Assembly (NCBI GenBank): GCA_038087875.1
Contig: CM075997.1
Coordinates: 992,001 to 1,056,000, forward strand
Direction: 5' to 3'
Source of the DNA: Malacoraja senta
Taxonomy: Eukaryota
DNA length: 64,000 nt
The translations under genes and the position numbers were made by a program. This document shows positions 1-11,838 of the stretch, one piece after another; the first letter of the stretch is position 1, and every line of letters begins with the position of its first letter. The notes beneath the pieces were generated by a model. The model did not search any database. It was not told the DNA's origin and was given only the letters and a program-made list of their open reading frames with translations.

Positions 1-882
1 TTTGGGATTTGTAATAGAAAAAAAATCACATGTGGTTAAAGTGCACATTGTCAGATTTTAATAAAGGCCATTTTTATACATTTTGGTTTCACCATGAATA
101 AATTACAGCAGTGTTTATATATAGTCCCCCCATTTCAGGGCACCATAATGTTTCGGACACAGCAATGTAATGTAAATGAAAGTAGTCATGTTTAGTATTT
201 TGTTGCATATCCTTTGCATGCAATGACTGCTTGAAGTCTGTGATTCATGGACATCACCAGTTGCTGGGTGTCTTCTCTGGTGATGCTCTGCCAGGCCTGT
301 ATTGCAGCCATCTTTAGCTTATGCTTGTTTTGGGGGCCCTTCAGTTTTCTCTTCAGCATACAAAAGGCATGCTCAATTGGGTTCAGATCGGGTGATTGAC
401 TTGGCCACTCATGAATTGACTATTTTTTAGCTTTGAAAAACTCCTTTGTTGCTTTAGCAGTATGTTTGGGATCATTGTCTTGCTGTAAAATGAACCGCTG
501 GCCAATGAGTTTTGAGGCATTTGTTTGAACTTGTGCAGATAGGATGTGTCTATACACTTCAGAGTTCATTATGCTACTACCATCAGCAGTTGTATCATCA
601 ATGAAGATAAGTGAGCCAGTACCTTCAGCAGCCATACATGCCCAGGCCATAACACCACCACCACCGTGTTTCACAGATGAGGTAGTATGCTTTGGATCTT
701 GGGCAGTTCCTTCTCTTCACCATACTTTGCTCTTGCCATCACTCTGATATAAGTTAATCTTTGTCTCATCTGTCCACAAGACCATTTTCCTGAGCTGTGG
801 TTGCTCTTTTAAGTACTTCTTGGCAAACTGTAACCTGGCCATCCTATTTTTGCAGCTAAACAGTGCTTTGCATCTTGCAGTG
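1..882 (-). mobile_element. Tc1-family DNA transposon, truncated decayed copy (3' half and right TIR)
   Basis: ORF 420-674 KHGGGGVMAWACM...QQDNDPKH, then a stop and WPSQSPDLNPIE, giving DD34E spacing. Bases 1-160 match the TIR of the copy at 28671. Confidence 0.93.
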
Positions 883-1334
883 AAGAAAGTATTACATATT
901 TAGGAGATAAGAGTTTACTTGCTGCAAGTTCCACCAACATAAAAGAGGAGTAGAGACCACAGATAGTATTCCAGAGATGATGTCAGTGTGACTGTCCTTG
1001 ACAATGTGATGGTATTTGGCCAAAGGTCAAATGCATTCCATGCTTGCTTTGAACTGGAGGTTTGTGGAAGGTCATTATCGGATCTGATAGCCTCGGGTGC
1101 GCCTGTACCCGTGGACACTGTCGCGGTAACTCAGCATGTCAGGTAGCATCACTGGAGAACATGGATAGGTAACGTTGGGACCCTTCTTCAGATTGATTCA
1201 GTCCGCTGAGTTACTCCAGCACTTAATACTAGGCGCCGATGCCACTGGTCTGTACCAGCGTGCTCCTCCCCATGAGCTACCCGACCCCTGGCCATCAGCT
1301 CCGATCATCAATCTACCACCAACAACAAGGGTTG

Positions 1335-2130
1335 TAAGCTAGGTCGCTGGGCTGTAAGCTACCCAACGGAATGTGAGGTACTATTCCTCCAGTTTGCATC
1401 TGGCCTCACTCTGGCAATGGAGGAGGCCCAGGACAGAATGGTCAGTGTGGGAATGAGAACGAGAGTTAAATTGGTTAGCAACGGAGAGATCCAGAAGGCC
1501 TTGGCAGACCGAGAGCAAGTATTCAGCAAAACGGTTGCAGAGTCTACGTTTGGTCTCTAAGTACTGGAGGCCACATCGAGAATACTGGATACAGTTGATG
1601 TGGTTAGAGGTGGTGTACGTGCGCCTCTGTCTCGCCGAGGACTGCTGGGATCCCTGGATGGAGGCGAGTGAGGAGGTATAGGGATAGGTGTTTTTTCACT
1701 ATGGTTACAGAGGAAGGTACCTGGGGAGGGGGTGCTTTGGGTGGGAAGGGATGAATGAACTAAGGAGCTGCAGAGGGAGCAGTATCTGCAGAGGCGGAAA
1801 GGGGTGGAGATGGGAAGATGTGATGAGTGGAGGGAACACATTGCAGATGATGGAAATGTCGGAGTAAGATGTGTTGGATGCAGAGGCCGGTGGGGTGAAA
1901 GGCGAGGATCAGGGCAACTCTATCCATGTTCCGTCAGGGGGAGGGGGAGCGAGAACAGAACTTCGGGACACAAGGAGATGAGGGCGAGGGATCCATCCAT
2001 GACAGAAAGGGAAACACCATGAGGACGTCTCAGATCTCCTACAATGGAAAGTCTCATCTTGGGAGCAGAAGCGGCAGAGATGGAAGAATTGAGACAATAG
2101 TCACTCCCAGAACAGTTCTCTGCCATATTC
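1335..2130 (-). mobile_element. Penelope-like retroelement fragment (RT thumb, linker and GIY-YIG endonuclease), decayed
   Basis: Minus-strand peptides SQFFHLCRFCSQDETFH (resembles SQFLRLRRICS), SLVHSSLPT..PGTFLCN, and ETKRRLCNRFAEYLLSV...VANQFNSRSHSHTDHSVLGLLHCQSEARCKLEE. Confidence 0.8.
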
Positions 2131-3035
2131 CAAACTGAATGTTGTAGCGGAAATGGCGTCATCTCAGCTCACAGAAATCATGTCATGGGAAGTGCCCAGT
2201 CAACTTTACAGAGTATTGTGAAGTTGCTCAGGGTTAACATCTTTGTTCACGTATTCCTGGGAAGATGCCACAAGATGTTCCGCCACATTAAAGATGCTAC
2301 TTAAACCAAAGTTTTGGACTTAGAAATGTGATCGCAAAATGTTTTCTTTCAACACCATGAGAGTGAGAATTATCTTAACCCAGAGTGAAATGCGATATCA
2401 TCCTTTTCTGGGTCACTTGACATGATAGGGCGGATGACCAAATAAGTTGTTCAAACATTACCCAAAAAGGTGATTCTTATAAAGCAGCTTAAAGGGGAAG
2501 AGAGAGGCAGAGAGGGAGGGAACTAAAGAGTTTAACGTCCAAACAGCAGAAAGCACAGTGTCAATGGTGGCGTAATTAATATATTAAAAAGCCAAAGTTA
2601 GAATGATCTTGAGTTACAAGGCTGAAAAAAATTCTGAAAATAAACAGAAAATTAATAATAAGGGTAAGAATTTTAAGGGAGATATTGCTTAAGTGGGAAT
2701 CAACGTACTGTACATCAGCAAGCACGGAGGTGATGACTGAGCAGAACTTCGCATGAATTGGAAGACCGGCAGTAGAGGTTCGGATAGCCTAAGAATTATG
2801 GACATGGAACAAATGATACGAGCCACGTATGATGGAAAAATTGATGTGGGTTTTATCAGATGATGAGCATGGGAATGTTGTAAAAGTGGAAATATGTACT
2901 CTTTGTGGAAATGTTATCTGAGCCTTATCTCAGTCTCACAAAACATCAAGGTCATGTCATGAACAGCTGGTTCAGACAGGGATAGGGATGGATTGGTCGG
3001 GAACAGACTTAAAGCTGATGATTAAAGACAAAGGA

Positions 3036-3253
3036 GATGCATCAAAATTGCAGATGCTGGAATCTTGAGCAAAACGCAAAGTGCTGGTAGAACTCAGTGG
3101 GGCAGGCAGCGTCTGTGGAAGGATTGAACAGGCGATATTTCACGTCAGGATCCTTCTTCAAACTCAGGAAAGGACCCGGCACGAAACATCACCTGTCCAA
3201 TTCCTCCACAGATGCTACTTGAACTGCTGACTTCCTTCAGCACTCTATGTTTA
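3036..3253. mobile_element. Old palindromic Penelope terminal-repeat insertion
   Basis: Diverged inverted arms; 15-bp duplication ATTAAAGACAAAGGA at 3021-3035 and 3254-3268. Confidence 0.75.
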
Positions 3254-6078
3254 ATTAAAGACAAAGGATTTATTTTCCCTAATATTTATGTTGAACAGGA
3301 TGTCTGGCATTAGGGGCTCAAATGCTGAGTATATTCTAGAGAGAAATCAATAGATTTTTACATATAATGGGAATCATGTATAGTACAGGACAGTGATACT
3401 GAGGTGAGCAATCGGTCATGACACACTGAGCAGTACAACAGGCACCAGTTGTCTGTTTTTATGCTCTTAGGTGCAGGGACACGATAGAAGTCACTGCTAG
3501 TGATTCACTGGCTACACTCATCAAAGTAATAATATTTTGGGGGAAGGGGCAATAGATGAACATTTTACATAGCAGGTCGACAATGGTGGAGGAGTAATCC
3601 TGAAGCAAATAGACATATAATGCATTTTTCGCCGTGTTATATAAATAACAATACATGTTGCAAGATCAGATTCTTCACATATCTGCAACTGAGAAGCTAG
3701 AGTTTAAATCATGTTTCTTTTGCAGCTTGTTGCACTTCAAGCAAGCTAGCCCAAAGTGTGAAAAGTGTTCGGAGAAAGAAAACTAATAATTTCCTGTTTG
3801 CTTCTTTTTGACCTTAGAACTGCTCTCAATAATTAACCTTTAATGGGTCTCAGGTTGTGCTTATTTGAAATGCTTCTCTACAGGAAGTATCTCTGAGCAA
3901 TTGTTTTAAAGAAAAAAGATTGAAGTTAACACTATTTTGGTAGCTGAAGGTCACAGTTCCACTGCGAATATCACGCAACTGCTGGAGTAGATGGAATGAG
4001 ACAACAAGTAACTGCTGATGCATATTTTGGAGTTAGGACCATTTAATGTGGTGGGGTGTGGCTGATTCCTGACCTGATCTAGTGACATTCACTGACAAAT
4101 ACAAGAGTTGTTAAGGTCCAGATTTGATTTAATTCACATTTCTAATCATTATCCAATGGAAATATGTTATTCTGATTGGGTGATGTGCAAGAACATAGAG
4201 GCATAAGTAAAGAGAGTAGGGTGGGTCATATACATTGCACTTTGGGAGATCGCATGTAAGGGCCTCCTGGTTCTTTGACCCACTTACTCACTAGTTGGTG
4301 CCTCCCAAAACAAGCTACAGAACGCCCAACCCATATCAAGTAAATGAGTTTGAAGGAGGTTCTCGTCCCGAAACGTCACCCATTCCTTCTCGCCAGAGAT
4401 GCTGCCTGTCCCGCTGAGTTACTCTAGCTGTTTGTGTCTATCTTCAAGTAAAAGATAAATGCTTGTGATCATCTATTACCTGCCACGCTTTATCCTGCCG
4501 CTCCCCTCTTCCAGCTTTCTTTCCCCCTACAATCAGTCTGAAAAAGGGCCCCGACCCAAAATGTCATCTATCCAAGTTCTCCAGAACTGCTGCCTGACCC
4601 GCAGAATTACTCCAGCACTTTTGCATCTTCTTTTTCCAAGTGAATGCAGTAAGGTTTATAGGTCATAGATCATAGAGTCATACAGCACAGAAACTGGCCC
4701 TTTGGCCCATCTCATTCATGCTGACCAGATGCCCCATCTAAGCTAGTCCCATTTGCCTGCACTTGGCCCATATCCCTCTAAATCTTTCCTATCCATCAAA
4801 CATCACGTGATCCCTGCAATACCATCAACCAGTAATTGCAATCCTATGCACATGCAATGTACAACTGTCCCAAGTAATAGTCCTGCTGACAGTATGTTAG
4901 GCTGTTCTCATAAAATTTTGTGCAGAAAATCATTAAGGATTAATTGAGGTATTGTACAATCCTATGCTGTGGAACCTGGCTACTGATTGATCGGAATCTT
5001 TAGTTATAATAAACATGGTGGCAGCGCAATGATCCTGCCAAGTATTTTTGTAATGGATATTATATAAAGCAGTCGCAGTAGTGAGATGAATATATAAACC
5101 AGGTTTTATAAGTAGACCATTACTAGAGTTAGTACTATAAAAGTGTGTTTCTGTCTCTTTGATATATACAATAGATTAAGATGTCCATGCATTTGGTTTA
5201 GATCCAAGCAACTCCATTTATAAAGAGTCATCGAGAAATTGTAAAAATATCAACCTTACTCCAAAGGGAAAGCAGCCAAGAAGAAAGAAAGACAGAGCAA
5301 AACTCTGGAAATATGTTGATTTATCCCCTCATTCCTTCATTATATCATAATTCTGACCTTTTAAAGTTTTCATTGACTTCACAAGTCATGATTCTGACCT
5401 GTCACGTTGACATTCTGACCAAGCCCTTGTTTTGCAGCAACCACATTATTGGGAATTGAATCCTTTTTTTTAGCTAGTTCTTTCAATAGCTCACGCGATC
5501 CTGCATAGTCCTCCCCTCCACTTGAAAATGAAAGATCATTCCACTTCACTCTCCCATCTCATGTACTTTCAGTAAACGTCTTTAGGAAACAGCCATCCAC
5601 AAAATTACAATCCAGAATAATAAAATCAAATTCAAAGGGTTTTAAAGATGGAGCTTACATTATTCAATGTAACTTTTAAAACAACCTCTTGAGTGGTGAA
5701 TCATGGCTGTTCACCTGATGGCCAATAAACCACTATTAAGTAACATCTCCTCCTTTCCCAGCATGAGTATATCAGTCAGCTGCTTAAGTCTGTCCTTTTG
5801 ACATGCAATCAAATCTAAAAATGACTTGCATTACATTAGAGTTTTCACATTGCTTGGAGTGAATGCCAAAGCCAGTGAAATACTTGGAAGAGATTTCACC
5901 TCTCTCTATCCCTCCCCCACCTAAGTCGCACCAGCTTCTTGTTTTCACCCAACAAACAGCTAACAATGGGGGGGTTTTCTTTATCATCGTTACTTTTTTG
6001 CATATCTTTCATTCATTATTCTATATCTCTCTACATCATCGTCTCTATCTCTCATTTCCCTGTCCGGTGACTTTCAGT

Positions 6079-6106
6079 CTGAAGAAGGGTCTCGACCCGA
6101 AACATC
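6079..6106 (+). ncRNA. Minimal hammerhead-ribozyme-like core (Penelope terminal repeat, subfamily 1)
   Basis: CTGAAGA-A-GGGT-CTCG-ACCC-GAAA-CATC. Confidence 0.6.
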
Positions 6107-6861
6107 ACCCATTCCTTCTCTCCAGAGATGCTGCCTGTCCCGCTGAGTTACTCCAGCTTTTTGTGTCTATCTTCGAAATATTTGGAAATGCATTCGCTGG
6201 TGCAATGTTGAAAATGAAATGTGTAATTTAAGTCGCATAATCAGTGATGCAATAATGACCAAATAAATTGTCAAGTAAATGTTAAATGAGGAATAATCAA
6301 TAATAAGTACACCAAAGAGAACATAGCTGCTATTCTTTGACAATGTGACTTGGGATATTTGGCAACTTGGGAGAGCAGGAATGGTTCAGTTTAAAGCCAA
6401 GTCCAGAAGATAGACAGAAAATGCTGGAGTAACTCAGTGGGACAGGCAGCATCTCCCATGGATAGCAACTCTGATAACACAGCACCCTCTCAATTGGCCC
6501 CATAGCAGAAGCGTCCACATCGCGGGGCTGGAAGTATACTGAGCTAATTCTGCTACCACCAACATCTATTACGACAAGTGATAGCTTCCACTAATTGTCG
6601 CCAGAAGCTTGCGTCCTTTTCGGGAAGGACAATGACAGCGAGGTCAACATTTGTAACAAGATGGACACGAAAAGAAGACCCTCTCAATCCAGCGCCACAC
6701 AGATATGATAGCCCAGGATTTTGTGCTCATTTGAGACACAGCCAACACAACTAAGAACATAAGAAAGAGTTGGAGTAGGCCATTTGGTTTCTCACACCTG
6801 TTCTAACATTTTACCTCAGTTTGATTTCCCATGATTCACTTAATGTTCAAAAACCTTAATC

Positions 6862-7380
6862 TTTGTTTATAGCAAAGCAAGCACAACAACGTCACTACCT
6901 CCTTGGAAGGCTAAGTAAATTAAGCATATCTCCAATGACTCCTACCAATTTCTACAAATGCACCAGAGAGTACCCTATCCAGATGGATCACAGCTTGGGA
7001 ATGCAATTGGTCTGCATAAGAGTGCAATATATTGCATGGAGTTGTGATCACTGCCCAGTCCATCACTAAAACCTGCCATCCCCCCCCTCCTCCCCTCCAT
7101 TGATACTTCGTGCTGCCTTGGAAAAACAGTTGACCCAATGAAGGACCATTCACAGCTCCATTGCTCTTTCTTCTATCCTCTCCATCAGGCAGAAGATATA
7201 AATACTTGAAAGCATGTACTACCAGATTCAAGAACAGCTTGTTCGCTGCAGTTATTAGACGCTTGAATGGATATCTCATAATCTGAGGATGTATTCCCAA
7301 TATCCCAAGCTAAATCAACGAGGCCCTTGCACTATTCTATATGCACCTTCTTTGTAACTGTATCACTATGTTCTGCACTA
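6862..7380 (+). mobile_element. Old Rex1-like LINE fragment
   Basis: KQAQQRHYLLGRLSKL..TNFYKCT. Similar minus-strand pieces lie at about 18345-18925 and 35660-36110. Confidence 0.7.
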
Positions 7381-7729
7381 TTTCCCACAAATCCATTCAT
7401 CTGCTTTGACCTCTTGGCAATAAGAACATTAGGAAATAGGAGCAGGACTTTGGTCCCTCAAGGCTGACACACACCAGGCCTAATTTATCTTGAGTACCAG
7501 TTCCTCATAGCACTCCATTCCCTGATCTTTCAAAATCTATGTAAATATTCAAAATGATTGAGACTCCACAACCTTCTGGGATAGAAAACTCCAAAGACAT
7601 CCTTATTTTTAAACAATGAAGTCATGAGCACTTTTCCTTGAGAGAGTATGGGTTCAAATCCTACTCATGGCACACATCCATTAAATCATCTATTATGGAA
7701 CACATCTATTAAACCAAGGTTTTGACACC

Positions 7730-7929
7730 NNNNNNNNNNNNNNNNNNNNNNNNNNNNNNNNNNNNNNNNNNNNNNNNNNNNNNNNNNNNNNNNNNNNNNN
7801 NNNNNNNNNNNNNNNNNNNNNNNNNNNNNNNNNNNNNNNNNNNNNNNNNNNNNNNNNNNNNNNNNNNNNNNNNNNNNNNNNNNNNNNNNNNNNNNNNNNN
7901 NNNNNNNNNNNNNNNNNNNNNNNNNNNNN
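7730..7929. other. Assembly gap (200 N)
   Basis: Run of exactly 200 N, likely a placeholder of unknown true size. Confidence 0.99.
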
Positions 7930-8330
7930 GAGGATGCGGAGGTACCAGAATGTTGCTGTGGTTAGAGTATTAGCTATAAAGAGAGATTAGGTAAACTTGG
8001 ATTGTCTTCTCTGGAAGTTTAGAGTTCAAGGGAAGACCTATATAAGTATGTAAAATTAAGAAGCATGGTTGAAAATATCATAGAATAGAGATCATAGCAT
8101 TAAAGTGACAGGGCAAAGTTTAAAGGAGGTGTGCGGGCAAGTCTTTTTACAGAGAGTGGGTGCCTCGAATGTGCTGCCAGGAGCAGTGATGGAGGCAAAT
8201 ACAATACTGGTATTTAAGAAAATCAGCACATGGATAGTGAGGGATTTGGATCATATGCAGGCAAAGGACATTAGTTTGACATGTTCATCACATATTGAGA
8301 CAAAGTGCCTTTTCCTGTACTGTCTGGTCC
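7930..8330 (+). mobile_element. Old CR1 LINE 3' fragment abutting the gap
   Basis: SYKERLGKLGLSSLE-like coding remnant plus a CR1-type 3' UTR. Similar pieces lie at about 13360-13920, 15040-15430, 32200-32410, 40325-40730 and 52577-52945. Confidence 0.7.
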
Positions 8331-9711
8331 TGTTTTTTATAATGAGGTGGAGGGGGGGGGGGGGGAAAGGGGGTCTTTTTGAGCAATAGTTGCAGTAAAA
8401 TGGGTGGCCTGTCCGTATTTTAAATTTAAAGTACCTACTGAACCTGACCGTGGATTGACTTTGTCCTGTACTGATTGATATTTATACCAGCATGAATGGA
8501 TTGTTGTGTTGGTGAATTATCTGTTCCACTTATTCCAAGATTTTGCCTGATTTATTTAAAAAAAAAGTGTACAAACTTAGAATCTTCTTTAAAGCATGAT
8601 GACGTTTTTTTTTAACACTCTGTTTGGAATTCAGAGCTTTAATTGATCTGCTCAATGTCTAATTTGATGTGAAAAGAAAGTCTGCACAAGTTGATTAAAA
8701 TGCAGGGCTAGCAAAATTTGGAATGACTGCTGGTATTCATTTTTAAAAACTATTTTGAGGTTTAGTAATAATTATCTTTTGTAAATCCAAAGTGCACTCT
8801 TTTTAACCAGTAGAGCTACATTCCAAGGTTTAATGCATATCTTTAATCTAGAGTTTTCTGATATGGCCCCCTAGTTTGCAATTGAAAGTATAAACTCAAT
8901 CTGCCTGTAATTTTATTTCAATCTTTGTAAACGGTGGCCTGCAAGGTCTACTCTGGTTGCAACAAGAATTATGCATTCACCTGTGGGAGACAAGATATTT
9001 CTGCAGTGTCAAAGTATGGAAATAGACATTTGGAGGTGTGAGAAATTAAACCAGTTCTGAAAAAATGTATCCTGCCTTTTAAATTATATAATTGTTTGTG
9101 CATTTCCTGCAGTTTATTTCCCAAACTTTACTTAGCCCATCTGGGGAGTTTTATTTTTTTTATAGGGTTTAAAATATTACCATTAATTTGCTTGATTAAA
9201 GCTTAGATGATTAACTAGTGCATGGTAAACTAAGCCTCTGCTCTATGCCACTCGAGTAATTCGAGAAGTCATCCAGGTAATGGTCGCTTTAAAATGTAAA
9301 TGAACTGTTATTGCAAATTTAATGCCCACAGCAAAAATGGCAGTTTTCTAATTTTGCAAGACTTTATTTTTGCATATTGTTTTCAGGAGGCTGCATGCAA
9401 CCTTGTGTTAGTTACTGAGACTTGGTATGAGCAAGCTTTCTACAGCTACATAATATATTGAGTCTATATGTAATCTTGGAAGTACCAGTAGTCTTTGTTT
9501 GCATGGTTCTAAAAATAGATTTCTACATTGGTAACTGAGAATTTACCAAGCCCCTAGATTTGAGGCTGGGGTCTTGTGGTGAAAATCGGTTACTTCACCT
9601 ATTTTAGGTTAGTGAAGATCTAATTTGGAAGTTGGACAAGTGATGTTTTTTCCACCCTGTAAGTCAATAGAATACTTTTTTTTAAAACTTGAACTTAAAC
9701 ATATATATTTG

Positions 9712-10275
9712 TAGGTAGACAAAAATGCTGGAGAAATTCAGCGGGTGAGGCAGCATCCATGGAGCGAAGGAATAGGTGAAGTTTCGGGTCGAGTCCCTTC
9801 TTCAGACGGATGGGGGGGGGGGGGGCGGGAAGAAGAAAGGAAGAGACGAAGACAGTGGGCTGTGGGAGAGCTTGGGGATTGGAAGGATGGAGAAAGCAAG
9901 AACCACCTGAAATTGGAGAAGTCAATGTTCATACTGCTGGGGTGTAAACTACCCAAGTGAAACATGAGGTGCTGCTCCTCCAATTTGCGGTGGGACTCAC
10001 TCTGGCCATGGAGGAGGCCCAGGACAGAAAAGGTCGGATACGGAATAGGAGGGGGAGTTGAAGTGCTGAGCCGCCGGGAGATCGGGTTCGTTAATGCGAA
10101 CTGTGCGGAGGTGTTGGGTGAAGCGATCGCCAAGGCCCCATCCCCACATCACTATGAAGGGTCTCGACCCGAAACATCACATATTCCTTCGCTCCATAGG
10201 TGCTGCCTGCCCGCTGAGTTTCTCCTGCATTTTTGTCTACCTTCAATTTTTCCAGCATCTGCAGTTCTTTCTTAA
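9712..10275 (-). mobile_element. Penelope-like 3' end (GIY-YIG C-terminus and hammerhead-bearing terminal repeat) with an inverted terminal-repeat copy at about 10150-10275
   Basis: ORF 9738-10133 contains SVLGLLHGQSESHRKLEEQHLMFHLGSLHPSSMNIDFSNF. A hammerhead-like core follows on the minus strand at about 9778-9805; TATATATTTG is duplicated at the flanks. Confidence 0.85.
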
Positions 10276-11021
10276 TCGTATATATTTGGAGTTAGCTAAA
10301 ACATTGAGCAAAGCATAACTCTTTCATACTTTCCATGTAACTGGCTTCATTAAATGTGTCATTTGGTTCCTGTTTCAAATGCAATTGGAGCAACATTTTA
10401 GTCATAACTTTACATCCTGCAGCCTTGCATATTGTGGGTGATTTGTATTTGGACTCAAATTAGCGGTGATAGTGAATGTTTTTCCACAGTAATTCAAAAA
10501 GTCTATATGCAACTGACCAGTGCATATCTACTCTTGCATTAGGGAAGGTTTTGAGGCTGAAGTGTAAAATCTAAAACTATTCTTTCCATGTTTTGTGGTT
10601 TCTTATCAGTTGCTTATGCAGTCCACCACACTGATGAGGTGCAAAGTGGGGTGGGCCCATTATTTCTTATCAGCTAACACCCTTGTAAGTCTGGTGTCCA
10701 GCAACTGATATCTATATGCAACCAATATTGCCGATTTACAATCATTTTGCAAGTCCATGTAGAAATTGCATGATCTGCAACATTCTAATCATATTTTCCT
10801 CTTGGTCATCAGATTTGTGGAAATGTTAGCTAATATGAAAATGGTAATTGTCTTTTTTTATTTTATTCTATGATGGTCAGCAGAGCACAGAACTTGAAAA
10901 TTGAAGAGTCAGTTCATTTTGGTTCACTAGGTTGGCTTGTTGGGCATGTGACTAGAGCATGTTGAATTAAGTTGGAATCTCTAAAACTGGGAATCTTGGT
11001 TTGAATTGTGCAGGAGATAAA

Positions 11022-11838
11022 AAGTAAAGTAAAGTATTTTTATTAGTCACATTAACATACACCCAGGTGTAGTGAAGTGAAATGCTTCTTGCCATTATGC
11101 AGCATACAAAAGAAGAGAATACAGACATAACACCAAGAGAGTCTTAACACAAAGAACATCTCCCCCACAATGGCTCCCACCATGAGGGAAGGCACAAAGT
11201 CCAGTCCCCAACCCAGTTCACCCATAGTCAGGCCCATTGAGGCCTCCACAGTTGCCTCTACGGAGGCCCGATGTTCCAGGCCGTTCTCGCCGGGTGATAT
11301 TGCTCCGGCGTCGGGAGAGTCCTCCCAGCGGCCTGGGAACCCTGGAACGGCCGCTTCCGCACTGGGGGCCGCGGCTTCCGAAGCCAACAAGTTCCGCAAC
11401 TGGCGATCTCATCTAGAGATCCCAGGCTCCCGGTGTAAAGTTCAGCGCTGCCGCCCGCAGCTGGTCGCTCCACAGTCCCACAGCTCCGCGATGTTTTCCC
11501 CAGCGATCTTCAGCTCACCGGAGCTCCAGCGTGGCGACCCGGGCAAGGCATCGCCCGCTCCGCGATAGCGCTCCAGCGCTGTGCTGCTGCCGAAGCTGAG
11601 GTTCTTGGCGGTCCCCGACAGGAAACGCTGCTCCAGGCCCACTGGTAGGCCGCGAGGACGGGTCGAAGCTGCAGCCCGGAGAAAAGCTGCCTCTCCGGCC
11701 AGGCAGGGACCCTGAAAGGTAGTTCCCCCCCCACCCCCCACACAAAAAAGTCTAGACCTCCAAACAAAACAGTTAACTAACTAAAATAAAAGATAAAAGA
11801 TGAAAGGACAGACAGCTGCTGGCTGGACAGCGCCCCCA
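11022..11838 (-). mobile_element. CpG-rich non-coding retroposon-like insertion (unclassified)
   Basis: Sharp GC/CpG-rich block ending on the minus strand in AATAAA and (ACTTT)n, with a tail resembling Rex1-type 3' ends; no credible ORF. Confidence 0.6.

Noticed and set aside
7722-7973. 83-aa ORF across the N run
   Set aside because: An artefact of the assembly gap.
11170-11770. Overlapping GC-rich ORFs or CpG island as ACTN4 exon 1 or a novel gene
   Set aside because: No actinin N-terminal peptide. ORFs in all frames are expected at high GC, and the block has a retroposon-like tail.
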